Shown here: in pieces, positions 55,591 to 64,000 of the stretch
Numbering within the stretch: the stretch's first letter is position 1
How the letters are laid out: each line of letters begins with the position of its first letter
From: an uncultured Azospirillum sp.
Lineage (GTDB): Bacteria; Pseudomonadota; Alphaproteobacteria; RF32; CAG-239
DNA: 64,000 nucleotides
NCBI GenBank assembly: GCA_900539605.1
Contig: UQCS01000005.1
Coordinates: 10,564 to 74,563, forward strand
Direction of reading: 5' to 3'
Made by a program: the position numbers and the translations under genes
Notes under the pieces: model-generated
Database searches by the model: none
What the model was told of the DNA's origin: nothing
What the model saw: the letters and a program-made list of their open reading frames with translations, nothing else

Positions 55591-57423
55591 TCATTCGATA
55601 TTTTTTTCAGCCAGCAGGAGAGCACGCTCTTTTTTCAACATTTGATAGCGTTGATAAACTTCCTCGGGAAACGACTCGGCAGTTTCAATCCGGCGCCGAC
55701 AATCGCATATTTCATTGTCAAGCTGCTTCAGCTGCATTTCTAAAATCGTATTGTCAATATCGCGGCGCAGCTTGCGCAAATCGGGATTTTGCTGCCGAAT
55801 CATCTGAACCTGCCACAAAGCGTCAATATAACGGGAAAAGCCTTCCTCTTTCAAAGCCTGATACAAAGCGGAACTCTCCGTCGGCTCATGTTGATGATAA
55901 ACTTCCGCCATTTTTTCCAACAGCAGCCGTAGGCTTTCGTCCCCGATTTCAAACATTCCGGCCTTTTCCTCATATTCGCCGATCAGACACGGATAACAAA
56001 ACATAGCGGCGGCAATAAACTTGGCGACCATCTCGTCCAACGTAATTTTAACCGGCTGCGGTTTGGCGGTATTGTTACGGACTGAAGCATTTTTGCGTTT
56101 TGCCGCATTAACAAAGCTTCGTTTTTCGTCCCCGTTTTCCGGACGCGCAACAACAACCGGTCGAAAACGTGCATAAATACGGCTTTTCATGTCTTGCAAA
56201 TAATAGCCGCGCACTTTTTCGTCGGTAATTTTGGACACTTCTTCCAAAAGCGTTTTCTCAAACAGCGCTTTCTGCTCCGGAGTTTCGTCCGGAACAGATT
56301 CGACATTTTTGCGCCATAACAAATCTGCCAACGGCACTGTATTTTGCAGAGCGTTTTCATATTCTTCCGCCCCTTTGGCACGCAGGAACTCGTCCGGATC
56401 CATCTTGTCGGGCAAAAAGACATATTTGAGCGAATAACCGGCTTTCAAAATCGGCAATACCCGATCAATTGAACGCGTCGCAGCATGAACACCGGCATTG
56501 TCGCCGTCAAAACACAAAGTTGGTTCGGGGCAGATTTTCCAAGCTTCGGTAATTTGTTCCTCGGTCAGTGCGGTTCCGAGCGGCGCTACCGCATATTCAA
56601 AACCGTATTTTGCCTGGGCAATCACATCCATATATCCTTCGCAGACAACAATCCGCCGTTTTTCAAACGCCTTATCGCGCGCATAATTCAAGTTGTAGAG
56701 CACTCGCCGTTTGTTAAAAATCGGCGTATCCGGCGAATTCAGATACTTGGGCTGGCCGTCTCCCATCACCCGTCCGCCGAAAGCGATCACCCTTCCCCGT
56801 TTGTCCATGATCGGAATAATGACACGATCGCGGAAAAAGTCGTAGATTTTGCCATTTTTTTCCGACAATACAGCCAACCCCAGCTCAATCATATCGCTTT
56901 CGCTGACATTCCTCGAAGCCAGCCAGGCTCTCAATCCGTTATTGTCCGGCGCGTAACCGAGACGAAATTTCTTAATGATGTTTTCGTCAAATCCACGCCG
57001 TTCCAAATAGGCCATCGCCGCTTTTCCGCCGGTCAGACGCAGATTTTTTTCAAAATAGGCAGCCGCCATTTCAGTAATTTCATACCATGAACTGCGTTTT
57101 TGGACTTCTTCGGGATTCTCACGACTGATTTGCGGCACTCTCAAACCGGCTTTGTTAGCCAATTTGGTTACCGCATCAATAAAAGGTAGTCCGTTGGCAT
57201 CCATTTCGAATTTGATGATGTCTCCATGGGCGCCGCAACCGAAACAATGATAAAACCCTTTGGCTTCGTTCACGGTAAAAGACGGCGTTTTTTCATTGTG
57301 AAAAGGACACAGTCCCATATATTCCTTACCCTTGCGGACAAGCTTAACCTTGGCGCCGACGACATCGGCCACCGAGATCCGGGAACGCAGTTCATCCAAA
57401 AATTTCTGAAAGTCGGTTTCCAT
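55591..57423 (-). CDS. dnaG: DNA primase
   Basis: Zinc finger CPFHNEKTPSF..HCFGCGAHGD and TOPRIM (VVCEGYMDV). Confidence 0.95.
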   Translation of the reverse strand: METDFQKFLDELRSRISVADVVGAKVKLVRKGKEYMGLCPFHNEKTPSFTVNEAKGFYHCFGCGAHGDIIKFEMDANGLPFIDAVTKLANKAGLRVPQISRENPEEVQKRSSWYEITEMAAAYFEKNLRLTGGKAAMAYLERRGFDENIIKKFRLGYAPDNNGLRAWLASRNVSESDMIELGLAVLSEKNGKIYDFFRDRVIIPIMDKRGRVIAFGGRVMGDGQPKYLNSPDTPIFNKRRVLYNLNYARDKAFEKRRIVVCEGYMDVIAQAKYGFEYAVAPLGTALTEEQITEAWKICPEPTLCFDGDNAGVHAATRSIDRVLPILKAGYSLKYVFLPDKMDPDEFLRAKGAEEYENALQNTVPLADLLWRKNVESVPDETPEQKALFEKTLLEEVSKITDEKVRGYYLQDMKSRIYARFRPVVVARPENGDEKRSFVNAAKRKNASVRNNTAKPQPVKITLDEMVAKFIAAAMFCYPCLIGEYEEKAGMFEIGDESLRLLLEKMAEVYHQHEPTESSALYQALKEEGFSRYIDALWQVQMIRQQNPDLRKLRRDIDNTILEMQLKQLDNEICDCRRRIETAESFPEEVYQRYQMLKKERALLLAEKNIE

Positions 57424-57430
57424 CCGCCGC

Positions 57431-57883
57431 CTAACTCAACATCGCTTTGATTTTGCCTGAAACAGCGCCGAAATCCATTTGACCGGCATATTTCTGCTTC
57501 AAAACCCCCATCACTTTGCCCATATCTTTCATTGATGCGGCGCCGGTTTCGTCAATCGCCGCTCTGACGGCAGCTTCAACTTCGCCATCATCCATTTGCT
57601 TGGGCAAAAAGCCCTGAATCACTGCAATTTCGGCTTCTTCTTTTTCCGCCAGCTCGGCACGGTCGCCCTCGCGATAAATTTTAGCAGATTCCTGACGCTG
57701 TTTAATCATTGTCTGCATCATCGACAGAATATCGGCCTCGCTTGCACATTCTTTGCCTTTGCCGCGGGCATCAACGTCTTTTTCCTTTATGCCGGCCAAA
57801 ATCATCCTTACCGTGCTCAAACGTTCGGTTTCGTGGTTCTTCATGGCTTCTTTGACGGCAGTCTGAATTTCGTCTCTTAACAT
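57431..57883 (-). CDS. GatB/YqeY-domain protein
   Basis: 150 aa with typical YqeY sequence (LKEAMK, ILSMMQTMIKQRQES). Sits upstream of dnaG. Confidence 0.85.
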   Translation of the reverse strand: MLRDEIQTAVKEAMKNHETERLSTVRMILAGIKEKDVDARGKGKECASEADILSMMQTMIKQRQESAKIYREGDRAELAEKEEAEIAVIQGFLPKQMDDGEVEAAVRAAIDETGAASMKDMGKVMGVLKQKYAGQMDFGAVSGKIKAMLS

Positions 57884-57994
57884 TTTATTCTCCTTTTATA
57901 ACCATCTGTATCAAAAACTCTCACAGTTTGTGATAAAAAATATAACGCTTACAGGCAAAATGCAAGCTAAACATACAAAAGATTTAAAAGGCAA

Positions 57995-59815
57995 TTAGAA
58001 GAAATAGCGCAAAGATGCCGTCCACTCTTCCATCTTTCCGTTATCCGAATAATCTTTAAAATGATACTCGACTGCAGCTCGCCAGTTTATGGAGAGCGGC
58101 ATCGCAGCTTCTGCCCGATATTCGGTTTTTGAACCGAACCGAGAACCGGCACACGTTTTCTCCGCTTCACCCAGCAACTTAAAATACCTGAAATCAGCAA
58201 AGGTTCCGATTGATAAACCGACGCTGACATATTGATTATGAGGCAAAAAACCGCCGTAGCTGCCGTAAAGATTTCCCATGGCATACAAGTAAAAACCGTG
58301 CACCGGTTCAATGGTTTTGCCGCCGCCTGCTTTGGCGTTTAAGGCATATCCTTCCTTTCCATTGTCCGGATCGAATTCTCGCGCCACATCGATGTTGATT
58401 GCAAACGAAACCGGATCAAAAACGGCATCGGCCGGCGCCAACGACTTGATTCCCAGCAGATTAAGCGAATTTAAGACGATTTTGTCGGTTTGCTGATATC
58501 GGCGTATGCTGGTGTTCAAAAAATTAATTTCGGCCCCCGACACCAGACCGTCATTTGCATCTGTCAGCGAATGATAGGCCGGCCGGTACGAAATTTCCTG
58601 AAAAATCTTACCGTTACGGCTTCCGATTCCAAAAGTTGTCCGCATCGCTTCGTGCGAACGGAGAGGTGATGAGCCTTCCGGTTTTTCCACCGTTTCCACT
58701 TTTTGAACCCTAAGGCGGTTTCGGGCGGTAAGAGCAGCAAAACTCCGACGACGATATGCGGAAATCTCAAGTTCCTTGCTTACAAACTGATATTGTATAT
58801 ATTGATAAACCGTTTCCAACACTTCGGCCTTTTCGGTAGCGTCGATTTCCGGCAAATCATAGTCTTGCTTGCGAACAGCGTTCAAAAAAGCCCTTTTCTG
58901 CCGCAAATTCATTTGCTCAAGCCGATTAACAATTTCGGTCCGGCGCGACGGACGATAATTGACGTCCTTAACCAGACCGGTTGCACGGAAAACCGCTTTG
59001 ACCGTATCAAGCGGAATCGTTTGCAGCGGAAATTGCCGTGCCAGCACCAACGACGGCCGCACCGCATCCAACACTTCCATAATCATGTAAGAACAGTTGT
59101 TGGTAAAAAAGTAATAACGACTACGGGTATGCCCCAGTTCCCATAAGTGTGCCGCCAGCATATCGCGTTCCTCAGCCGAAAAATCAAGCTGAAATTCCCA
59201 AATATCTCGATTTTCAATATTGTTGTAGGTGTTGATGACGTTATGATAAGGCCTGACCGTCCACCCGGCATCATAACCGCCGCTCAGACCGTAAACGGCA
59301 TACAACAGCGTATTTTCTTTTCCTTCCGTAAAAGCGCCGTAATTCGCCCCGTGAGCCAACATCTGGGTCCCGTTGCGGCTGGTATTAATCCGAAGCAGCG
59401 TATGTCCAAACATTGAAGATGGATTATTCATATACGCATCCGTAAACAACAAAGCGATTCCGGCAGGACGAAGGTCGGAGAGAAAATCGTCGTATTCTTT
59501 ACATTTAACATCAACTTCTTTAATTAATCGGTTGTTTAGCAATAGTTTATATCTTGCGGGAAAACGACATATCGTTTCATGATCAACCCCTTGGGAAAAT
59601 AATTCGACCGTGGCTCGCAGTTCCGCTTCCGGATCGTAACGGCCGTTTTCGGCCAGGTAAAAATCGGCAGAGTCAATAGTGCCGACATATCCCGAAAATA
59701 TTCCGGGCTGATAATGCAGCAACGCCAGCCACTGCTGATCGTAGGCAAAAAAAACTTCTTTCGCCGCAACACCGTGACAAAACAGAAAGAAGAGAAAAAA
59801 CAGTCCGAATTTCAT
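57995..59815 (-). CDS. DUF4105 (Lnb N-terminal domain) protein with predicted C-terminal outer-membrane region
   Basis: Signal peptide, MFGHTLLRI motif and a C-terminal alternating beta-strand pattern ending in F. Confidence 0.7.
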   Translation of the reverse strand: MKFGLFFLFFLFCHGVAAKEVFFAYDQQWLALLHYQPGIFSGYVGTIDSADFYLAENGRYDPEAELRATVELFSQGVDHETICRFPARYKLLLNNRLIKEVDVKCKEYDDFLSDLRPAGIALLFTDAYMNNPSSMFGHTLLRINTSRNGTQMLAHGANYGAFTEGKENTLLYAVYGLSGGYDAGWTVRPYHNVINTYNNIENRDIWEFQLDFSAEERDMLAAHLWELGHTRSRYYFFTNNCSYMIMEVLDAVRPSLVLARQFPLQTIPLDTVKAVFRATGLVKDVNYRPSRRTEIVNRLEQMNLRQKRAFLNAVRKQDYDLPEIDATEKAEVLETVYQYIQYQFVSKELEISAYRRRSFAALTARNRLRVQKVETVEKPEGSSPLRSHEAMRTTFGIGSRNGKIFQEISYRPAYHSLTDANDGLVSGAEINFLNTSIRRYQQTDKIVLNSLNLLGIKSLAPADAVFDPVSFAINIDVAREFDPDNGKEGYALNAKAGGGKTIEPVHGFYLYAMGNLYGSYGGFLPHNQYVSVGLSIGTFADFRYFKLLGEAEKTCAGSRFGSKTEYRAEAAMPLSINWRAAVEYHFKDYSDNGKMEEWTASLRYFF

Positions 59816-59901
59816 TAGTTAAAACATAGCTTGCTAGCTTTTGAAAAAAACAACAGAAACAAAGGCGGTGCGGAATTTTTCCGCAGCCGCCTGATAACAA
59901 G

Positions 59902-60357
59902 TTAAACAGCAAAAATTTCAAAAATTTTTGCTGTCACATAAACGGCATCAACATTTTCGTCGGGAAAAATCGAAGCAAAATACTGCTGTGATTTTGCCGC
60001 AAACATTTCTTTGTCCACATTCAGCATCCCGGCCACTGTTTCCAACGTTTCCCCTTCGCCGCGCGCCGCGTCCAGTGCATATTGTTCCATATTACTTTGA
60101 ATAAAATCAAACACCATTCTCTGGGTTCCGCCGGTTACCCGGCCTTGCGGATCACATCCCGACGTACCGAAAGTAATACCGAAAGTCTGGCTTCCGGTAG
60201 ACGTATTGGTGGTTACAGCCAGCACTTGCGCCTCCGGTCCCGACACGCCGCGCCAGGCCATTGACCCCAGCCCGCAGCCGGTGCTGTCAATGGCTTGGGC
60301 ACCTGAAGCGACACAGGCCAAGGCGGATACGACCGCCAACATATAAATTTTTCTCAT
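59902..60357 (-). CDS. DUF3015-family secreted protein
   Basis: Start reassigned to 60357 (GGGAGA SD). Signal peptide, then the GCGLGSM...TSGC pattern I associate with DUF3015. Confidence 0.65.
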   Translation of the reverse strand: MRKIYMLAVVSALACVASGAQAIDSTGCGLGSMAWRGVSGPEAQVLAVTTNTSTGSQTFGITFGTSGCDPQGRVTGGTQRMVFDFIQSNMEQYALDAARGEGETLETVAGMLNVDKEMFAAKSQQYFASIFPDENVDAVYVTAKIFEIFAV

Positions 60358-60574
60358 TGCCACATCTCCCGATAGTTCTGAATTGATATTGTCAATATAT
60401 ACCACACCTTCCGGGGATGTATAGCAAAAAATCACGTTTTGGCAGAAATTTCTCTTGCCAAATTCATTTTATGTGTTATATGATGTTTAACATCAAAATA
60501 ACGTATCAATGACTGTGAAAGGTAATCCTTTTCGCAGTCAAAATTTTTTAATTTTAATCACAGAGGTAACAAAG

Positions 60575-61045
60575 ATGGATAAGTTCCCTTTAACCAAAGA
60601 AGGGTTTACTGCACTTGAGCAGGAACTGAAAAATTTAAAAGGCGTCGAACGCCCTAACATTATTGCCGCCATATCCGAAGCACGTTCTCACGGCGATTTG
60701 TCCGAAAATGCCGAATATTCTGCCGCTAAGGAAAAACAAAGCTTTATCGAAGGACGGATTCAGGAACTGGAAGCAGTTATCAGCCGTGCCCAGGTCATTG
60801 ATCCCAGTCTCAACAAAGGCAGCGTTGTCCGTTTCGGCGCCGTGGTTCTGGTGGTTGACGAAGATACCGACCGCGAAAGCAAATACCAGATCGTCGGCGA
60901 TTATGAAGCCGATATCGAAAAAAACAAAATCTCCCTTTCTTCGCCGCTGGCCAAAGCACTAATCGGCAAAGAAGTGGGCGATATTGCCGAATATACGGCA
61001 CCAGGTGGAAAAAAATCCTTTGAGATTCTCGAAGTCATCTATTAG
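60575..61045 (+). CDS. greA: Transcription elongation factor GreA
   Basis: Start at 60575 (AGAGG SD). GDLSENAEY motif, 156 aa. Confidence 0.93.
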   Translation: MDKFPLTKEGFTALEQELKNLKGVERPNIIAAISEARSHGDLSENAEYSAAKEKQSFIEGRIQELEAVISRAQVIDPSLNKGSVVRFGAVVLVVDEDTDRESKYQIVGDYEADIEKNKISLSSPLAKALIGKEVGDIAEYTAPGGKKSFEILEVIY

Positions 61046-61078
61046 CCCCCTTTAAATCTCATAAAGACGAAATAACTT

Positions 61079-61116
61079 TAAAGCCGGATATCAACAGATC
61101 CGGCTTTAATTTTTTA
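61079..61116 (+). terminator. Rho-independent terminator after greA
   Basis: Stem AAAGCCGGAT / ATCCGGCTTT followed by AATTTTTT. Confidence 0.8.
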
Positions 61117-61127
61117 ACGAGGTTATT

Positions 61128-61295
61128 ATGAGAAAAAAAGAAAAAAAGATGATTATCGAAAATTTCGAAGATAAATGCGAATGCCGCGAAGATGACAAAT
61201 GCGGTTGTTCTTTTCCAAACAATACTCATCACGACTTTGATGCCGAAACTTATAAAGAAACCGCCGGCAGCGATGTTGTTTTGCCCGAAGAATAA
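61128..61295 (+). CDS. Mini-ORF encoding a 55-aa acidic, Cys/His-containing peptide
   Basis: GAGG lies 6 nt upstream of the ATG. Sequence MRKKEKKMIIENFEDKCECREDDKCGCSFPNNTHHDFDAETYKETAGSDVVLPEE. Bracketed by two terminators and below the ORF-track threshold. Confidence 0.4.
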   Translation: MRKKEKKMIIENFEDKCECREDDKCGCSFPNNTHHDFDAETYKETAGSDVVLPEE

Positions 61296-61298
61296 TCC

Positions 61299-61324
61299 CG
61301 GCGGCAACATTGCCGCCGTTTTTC
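61299..61324 (+). terminator. Rho-independent terminator
   Basis: Stem CGGCGGCA / TGCCGCCG followed by TTTTT. Confidence 0.8.
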
Positions 61325-61343
61325 TTGTCGAACACAGATCAGT

Positions 61344-62288
61344 TTAAGACTTACATTCCTGCAAATAACGCTGAGCTTCCAAAAATGCCTGACACCCCGA
61401 TCCAGCAGCCGTAACGGCCTGACGGTAAACGGCGTCTTTTACGTCTCCGGCCGCAAAAACCCCGTTAACGCTGGTGCGGCAACTGCCCGGAGATGTCACA
61501 ACATAGCCGTCCTTGTCCAGATCTACCGCATTCTTAAATATTTCGGTATTGGGTTTGTGTCCGATCGCAATAAAGACGCCGTCCACTTCAAGATCCTTGT
61601 ATTTATCCGTTTTCAAATTCTTAATCCGAACGCTGGTCACGCCTTTGGGCGCATCGGTTCCGAAAATATCTTCTATCACACTGTCCCATTCTACCTGAAT
61701 TTTCGGATTATTTTTTATCCTGTCCTGCATCACCTTATCAGCACGCAACTGATCTCGACGATGTATCAGAGTGACGTTTTTGGCAATCCCCGACAGATAC
61801 AGCGCTTCTTCGGCTGCCGTATTGCCGCCGCCGACGACCACAACATCCTTATTGCGATAGAAAAAGCCGTCACAGGTCGCACATCCTGAAACACCGAAGC
61901 CGCGAAACTTTTCTTCATTAGGCAGTCCCAACCAACGCGCCGAAGCCCCGGTGGCAATAATCACACTGTCAGCACAATAGGAATTTGCGCCTTCGGAAAT
62001 TAAAATGAACGGATTTTCGGCAAAGTAAACTTCGGAGATTTGATCTTCAATGATGGTCACTCCGACATTAACCGCCTGATCATGCATCCGTTGCATCAGT
62101 TCGCTCCCGTTGATCGGCTCGGGAAAACCGGGGAAATTCTCTACATCGGTGGTAATTGTCAGTTGTCCGCCTTTTTGAGTGCCGCTGACCAACACCGGAC
62201 GCATCCCCGCCCGTGCGGCATAGATGCCGGCGGTATAGCCGGCCGGTCCCGATCCGATAATCAAAACTTTTGTCTTATATTCCGCCAT
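61344..62288 (-). CDS. trxB: Thioredoxin-disulfide reductase
   Basis: GSGPAG FAD fold, redox-active CATCDG and the GGGNTAAEEA NADPH fold. Confidence 0.95.
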   Translation of the reverse strand: MAEYKTKVLIIGSGPAGYTAGIYAARAGMRPVLVSGTQKGGQLTITTDVENFPGFPEPINGSELMQRMHDQAVNVGVTIIEDQISEVYFAENPFILISEGANSYCADSVIIATGASARWLGLPNEEKFRGFGVSGCATCDGFFYRNKDVVVVGGGNTAAEEALYLSGIAKNVTLIHRRDQLRADKVMQDRIKNNPKIQVEWDSVIEDIFGTDAPKGVTSVRIKNLKTDKYKDLEVDGVFIAIGHKPNTEIFKNAVDLDKDGYVVTSPGSCRTSVNGVFAAGDVKDAVYRQAVTAAGSGCQAFLEAQRYLQECKS

Positions 62289-62421
62289 TTCTCTGCTCCT
62301 TATTCAAATATATCTGATAAAATACTATTTTTATGCTTCTATTCAAGCCAAAAAAATAAATTATTGCCAACCGGCACAAAATTATCTACTATGCGGCAGA
62401 CATAACTTTCGGGAAAGTAAC

Positions 62422-63606
62422 ATGAAAAAAATTCTGGTGCTCAATTCCGGCTCTTCCAGCCTCAAATATCAATTGTTTAATATGGATGACAGCGCTCACC
62501 GCGTCATAGCAAAAGGTCTTGCCGAACGGATCGGCGAAAAGGATTCTAACCTGACGTTAAAAATGCCGGATGGGCAAGTCATTACTAAAAATATGCCGCT
62601 GCCGGATCACAAAACAACACTCGAACAAATTTTCCGGTTGCTGATCCCCGCTGTTTTATCTGATATTTCCGAACTGTCCGCGGTTGGGCATCGTCTCGGT
62701 CACGGCGGCGAGTATTTTGACAAATCTGTTCTCATCAATGATGACGTTATGGAAAAGATTTATGAAACCGCCGATTTGCTGCCGTTGCACGGTCATGCCT
62801 TCATTCTCGGCATTGAGGCAATAAAAAAGCTATTGCCGCAAATGCCGCAAACGGCAACTTTTGATTCGGCCTTTCATCAAAGCATGCCCAAAGAAGCCTG
62901 TATGTACGCTCTGCCCGCCGAACAATATCAAAAGTATCGCATCCGCCGCTATGGCTTCCACGGCACTTCCCATTATTACGTTTCGCAAAAAGCGGCTGAA
63001 TATCTGGGTAAAAGCGGCCGTTTCATTACCTGTCATCTTGGCAACGGTGCTTCCGTCACCGCGGTCAAAAACGGCAAAAGCATCGACACATCGATGGGAT
63101 TCGGCGGTGTTCCGGGCATTTTTATGGGTACACGCTGTGGCGACATTGATCCGTTCATTCCGTTGTACATTATGAAAACCCAAAACAAAACTGCCGATGA
63201 AGTTAACATGATGCTGAACAAACAATGCGGCCTCTATGCCCTCTCCGGCGGTCACAATGACCGCCGTGACATCGAAGCTCTTTTTCATCAGAACGACCCG
63301 GCTGCCATTCGGGCCATGAACAGCTATGTTTACCAAATTGTTAAATACATCGGTGCTTATACCGCGGCAATGAACGGCGTCGACGCGATCGTTTTCACCG
63401 CCGGCATCGGCGAAAATTCCGATTTCATCCGCCGCCGCATCTGCGAAAAACTGGCCTGGTTGGGGGTCGATTTCGATCCCGAGGCCAACGCCGCCGTCCA
63501 CGGATTTGGCGAAATCACCAAACCAAACTCACCGGTACGGGTATTGGTTATTCCTACCGATGAAGAATTGGTGATTGCTCAAGATGCGTACAAGCTTACA
63601 ATCTGA
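62422..63606 (+). CDS. ackA: Acetate kinase
   Basis: VLVLNSGSSSLKYQL N-terminus, GFHGTSH, 394 aa. Confidence 0.93.
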   Translation: MKKILVLNSGSSSLKYQLFNMDDSAHRVIAKGLAERIGEKDSNLTLKMPDGQVITKNMPLPDHKTTLEQIFRLLIPAVLSDISELSAVGHRLGHGGEYFDKSVLINDDVMEKIYETADLLPLHGHAFILGIEAIKKLLPQMPQTATFDSAFHQSMPKEACMYALPAEQYQKYRIRRYGFHGTSHYYVSQKAAEYLGKSGRFITCHLGNGASVTAVKNGKSIDTSMGFGGVPGIFMGTRCGDIDPFIPLYIMKTQNKTADEVNMMLNKQCGLYALSGGHNDRRDIEALFHQNDPAAIRAMNSYVYQIVKYIGAYTAAMNGVDAIVFTAGIGENSDFIRRRICEKLAWLGVDFDPEANAAVHGFGEITKPNSPVRVLVIPTDEELVIAQDAYKLTI

Positions 63607-63645
63607 TCTGCCTGTTGCTCTATTTTTCCGAAAATATAAATTGAC

Positions 63646-63673
63646 TTGACTTTTTGTCCAAAATTCTTATACT
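63646..63673 (+). promoter_or_regulatory. Sigma70-like promoter
   Basis: TTGACT, 16 nt, TATACT. The first 20 nt nearly repeat the promoter at 6326. Confidence 0.6.
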
Positions 63674-63705
63674 GAATTTAACAGATAATTATTAATTTTA
63701 AGAAT

Positions 63706-64000
63706 ATGACAAAAAAACAAGTTTTCAGTGCCTGGATTTCCTGCACTAATGGTATTGAACCGGATAAACTGATACAACATGTATCCTCGGCTTTATTTAA
63801 GGTTTTTGCAACAACGTCTCTTATCGTGGCGGTCTTCGCACCCTGGGTCGATTTTTTCAACCCGTTCATAAACTCCGTCAGAGATATCAGCAGTTTTGCA
63901 ACTCTGTTCAGCTTCCTGATCCTGCTGATCGGACGCAAACATCTTCGGCGCTGGCGTTTTCCGGCTCTGATGATCTTTGCAGCCTCTTTCGGCACTTTCA
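63706..64000 (+). CDS. Hypothetical membrane protein, 5' part (runs off the right edge)
   Basis: ATG 33 nt after the -10 element, with the frame open to the window end. Hydrophobic segments (TSLIVAVFAPWV, FATLFSFLILLI). Preferred over the Arg-rich antisense track ORF 63678-63995. Confidence 0.5.
   Translation, partial: MTKKQVFSAWISCTNGIEPDKLIQHVSSALFKVFATTSLIVAVFAPWVDFFNPFINSVRDISSFATLFSFLILLIGRKHLRRWRFPALMIFAASFGTF

Noticed and set aside
63678-63995. 105-aa ORF on the - strand at the right edge.
   Set aside because: Its product is Arg/Lys-rich. It lies antisense to a + strand frame that has a promoter, a sensible start and membrane-protein character.

Overview
This 64-kb chromosomal window comes from a Gram-negative bacterium with alphaproteobacterial hallmarks: a CcrM-type beta-class N6-adenine methyltransferase, an lspA-DUF3035 pair, divergent mfd/recG, a yqeY-dnaG-rpoD cluster and a MutH-independent MutL. 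It also carries fermentative markers (adhE, ackA, DUF1847). GC content looks moderate to low but was not computed. Most of the window is housekeeping: adhE, rnhB, ccrM, rlmE, rsmB, mgtE, lspA, two M16 peptidases, pgi, mutL, ppiD, tpiA, secG, pyrG, kdsA, recO, parC, rpsD, recJ, mfd, recG, rpoD, dnaG, greA, trxB and ackA. Three tRNA genes missing from the ORF track were found by eye: Leu-GAG, His-GTG and Gly-CCC. I saw no CRISPR array, IS element, transposase, integrase or recognisable defence system.

Most notable observations:
1. CDS orientation flips from mostly + (26 of 32) to mostly - (17 of 23) at a 1.18-kb ORF-free gap between convergent parC and yejF. That gap holds a 28-bp dif-like XerC/XerD site at 35685-35712, so it is probably the replication terminus.
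2. The 16-nt core of that site (CGCATAATCAATATTA) recurs twice, in inverse orientation, just beside tRNA-Gly. Both copies sit inside two 85-bp direct repeats, one of which carries a 19-nt fragment of the tRNA 3' end. This looks like a scar or module of site-specific recombination.
3. Two GC-rich, hairpin-dense non-coding stretches (34.88-35.06 kb and 53.01-53.29 kb) could not be assigned to any RNA family.
4. Several orphan or poorly characterised genes stand out: a 499-aa HExxH protein, a small ORF that looks strongly expressed, yejEF without yejAB but coupled to a 694-aa membrane protein, pagP inserted between pyrG and kdsA, and the DUF502-DUF1796 and DUF4105-DUF3015 pairs.

All functional calls rest on motifs read by eye. 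No database search was run.
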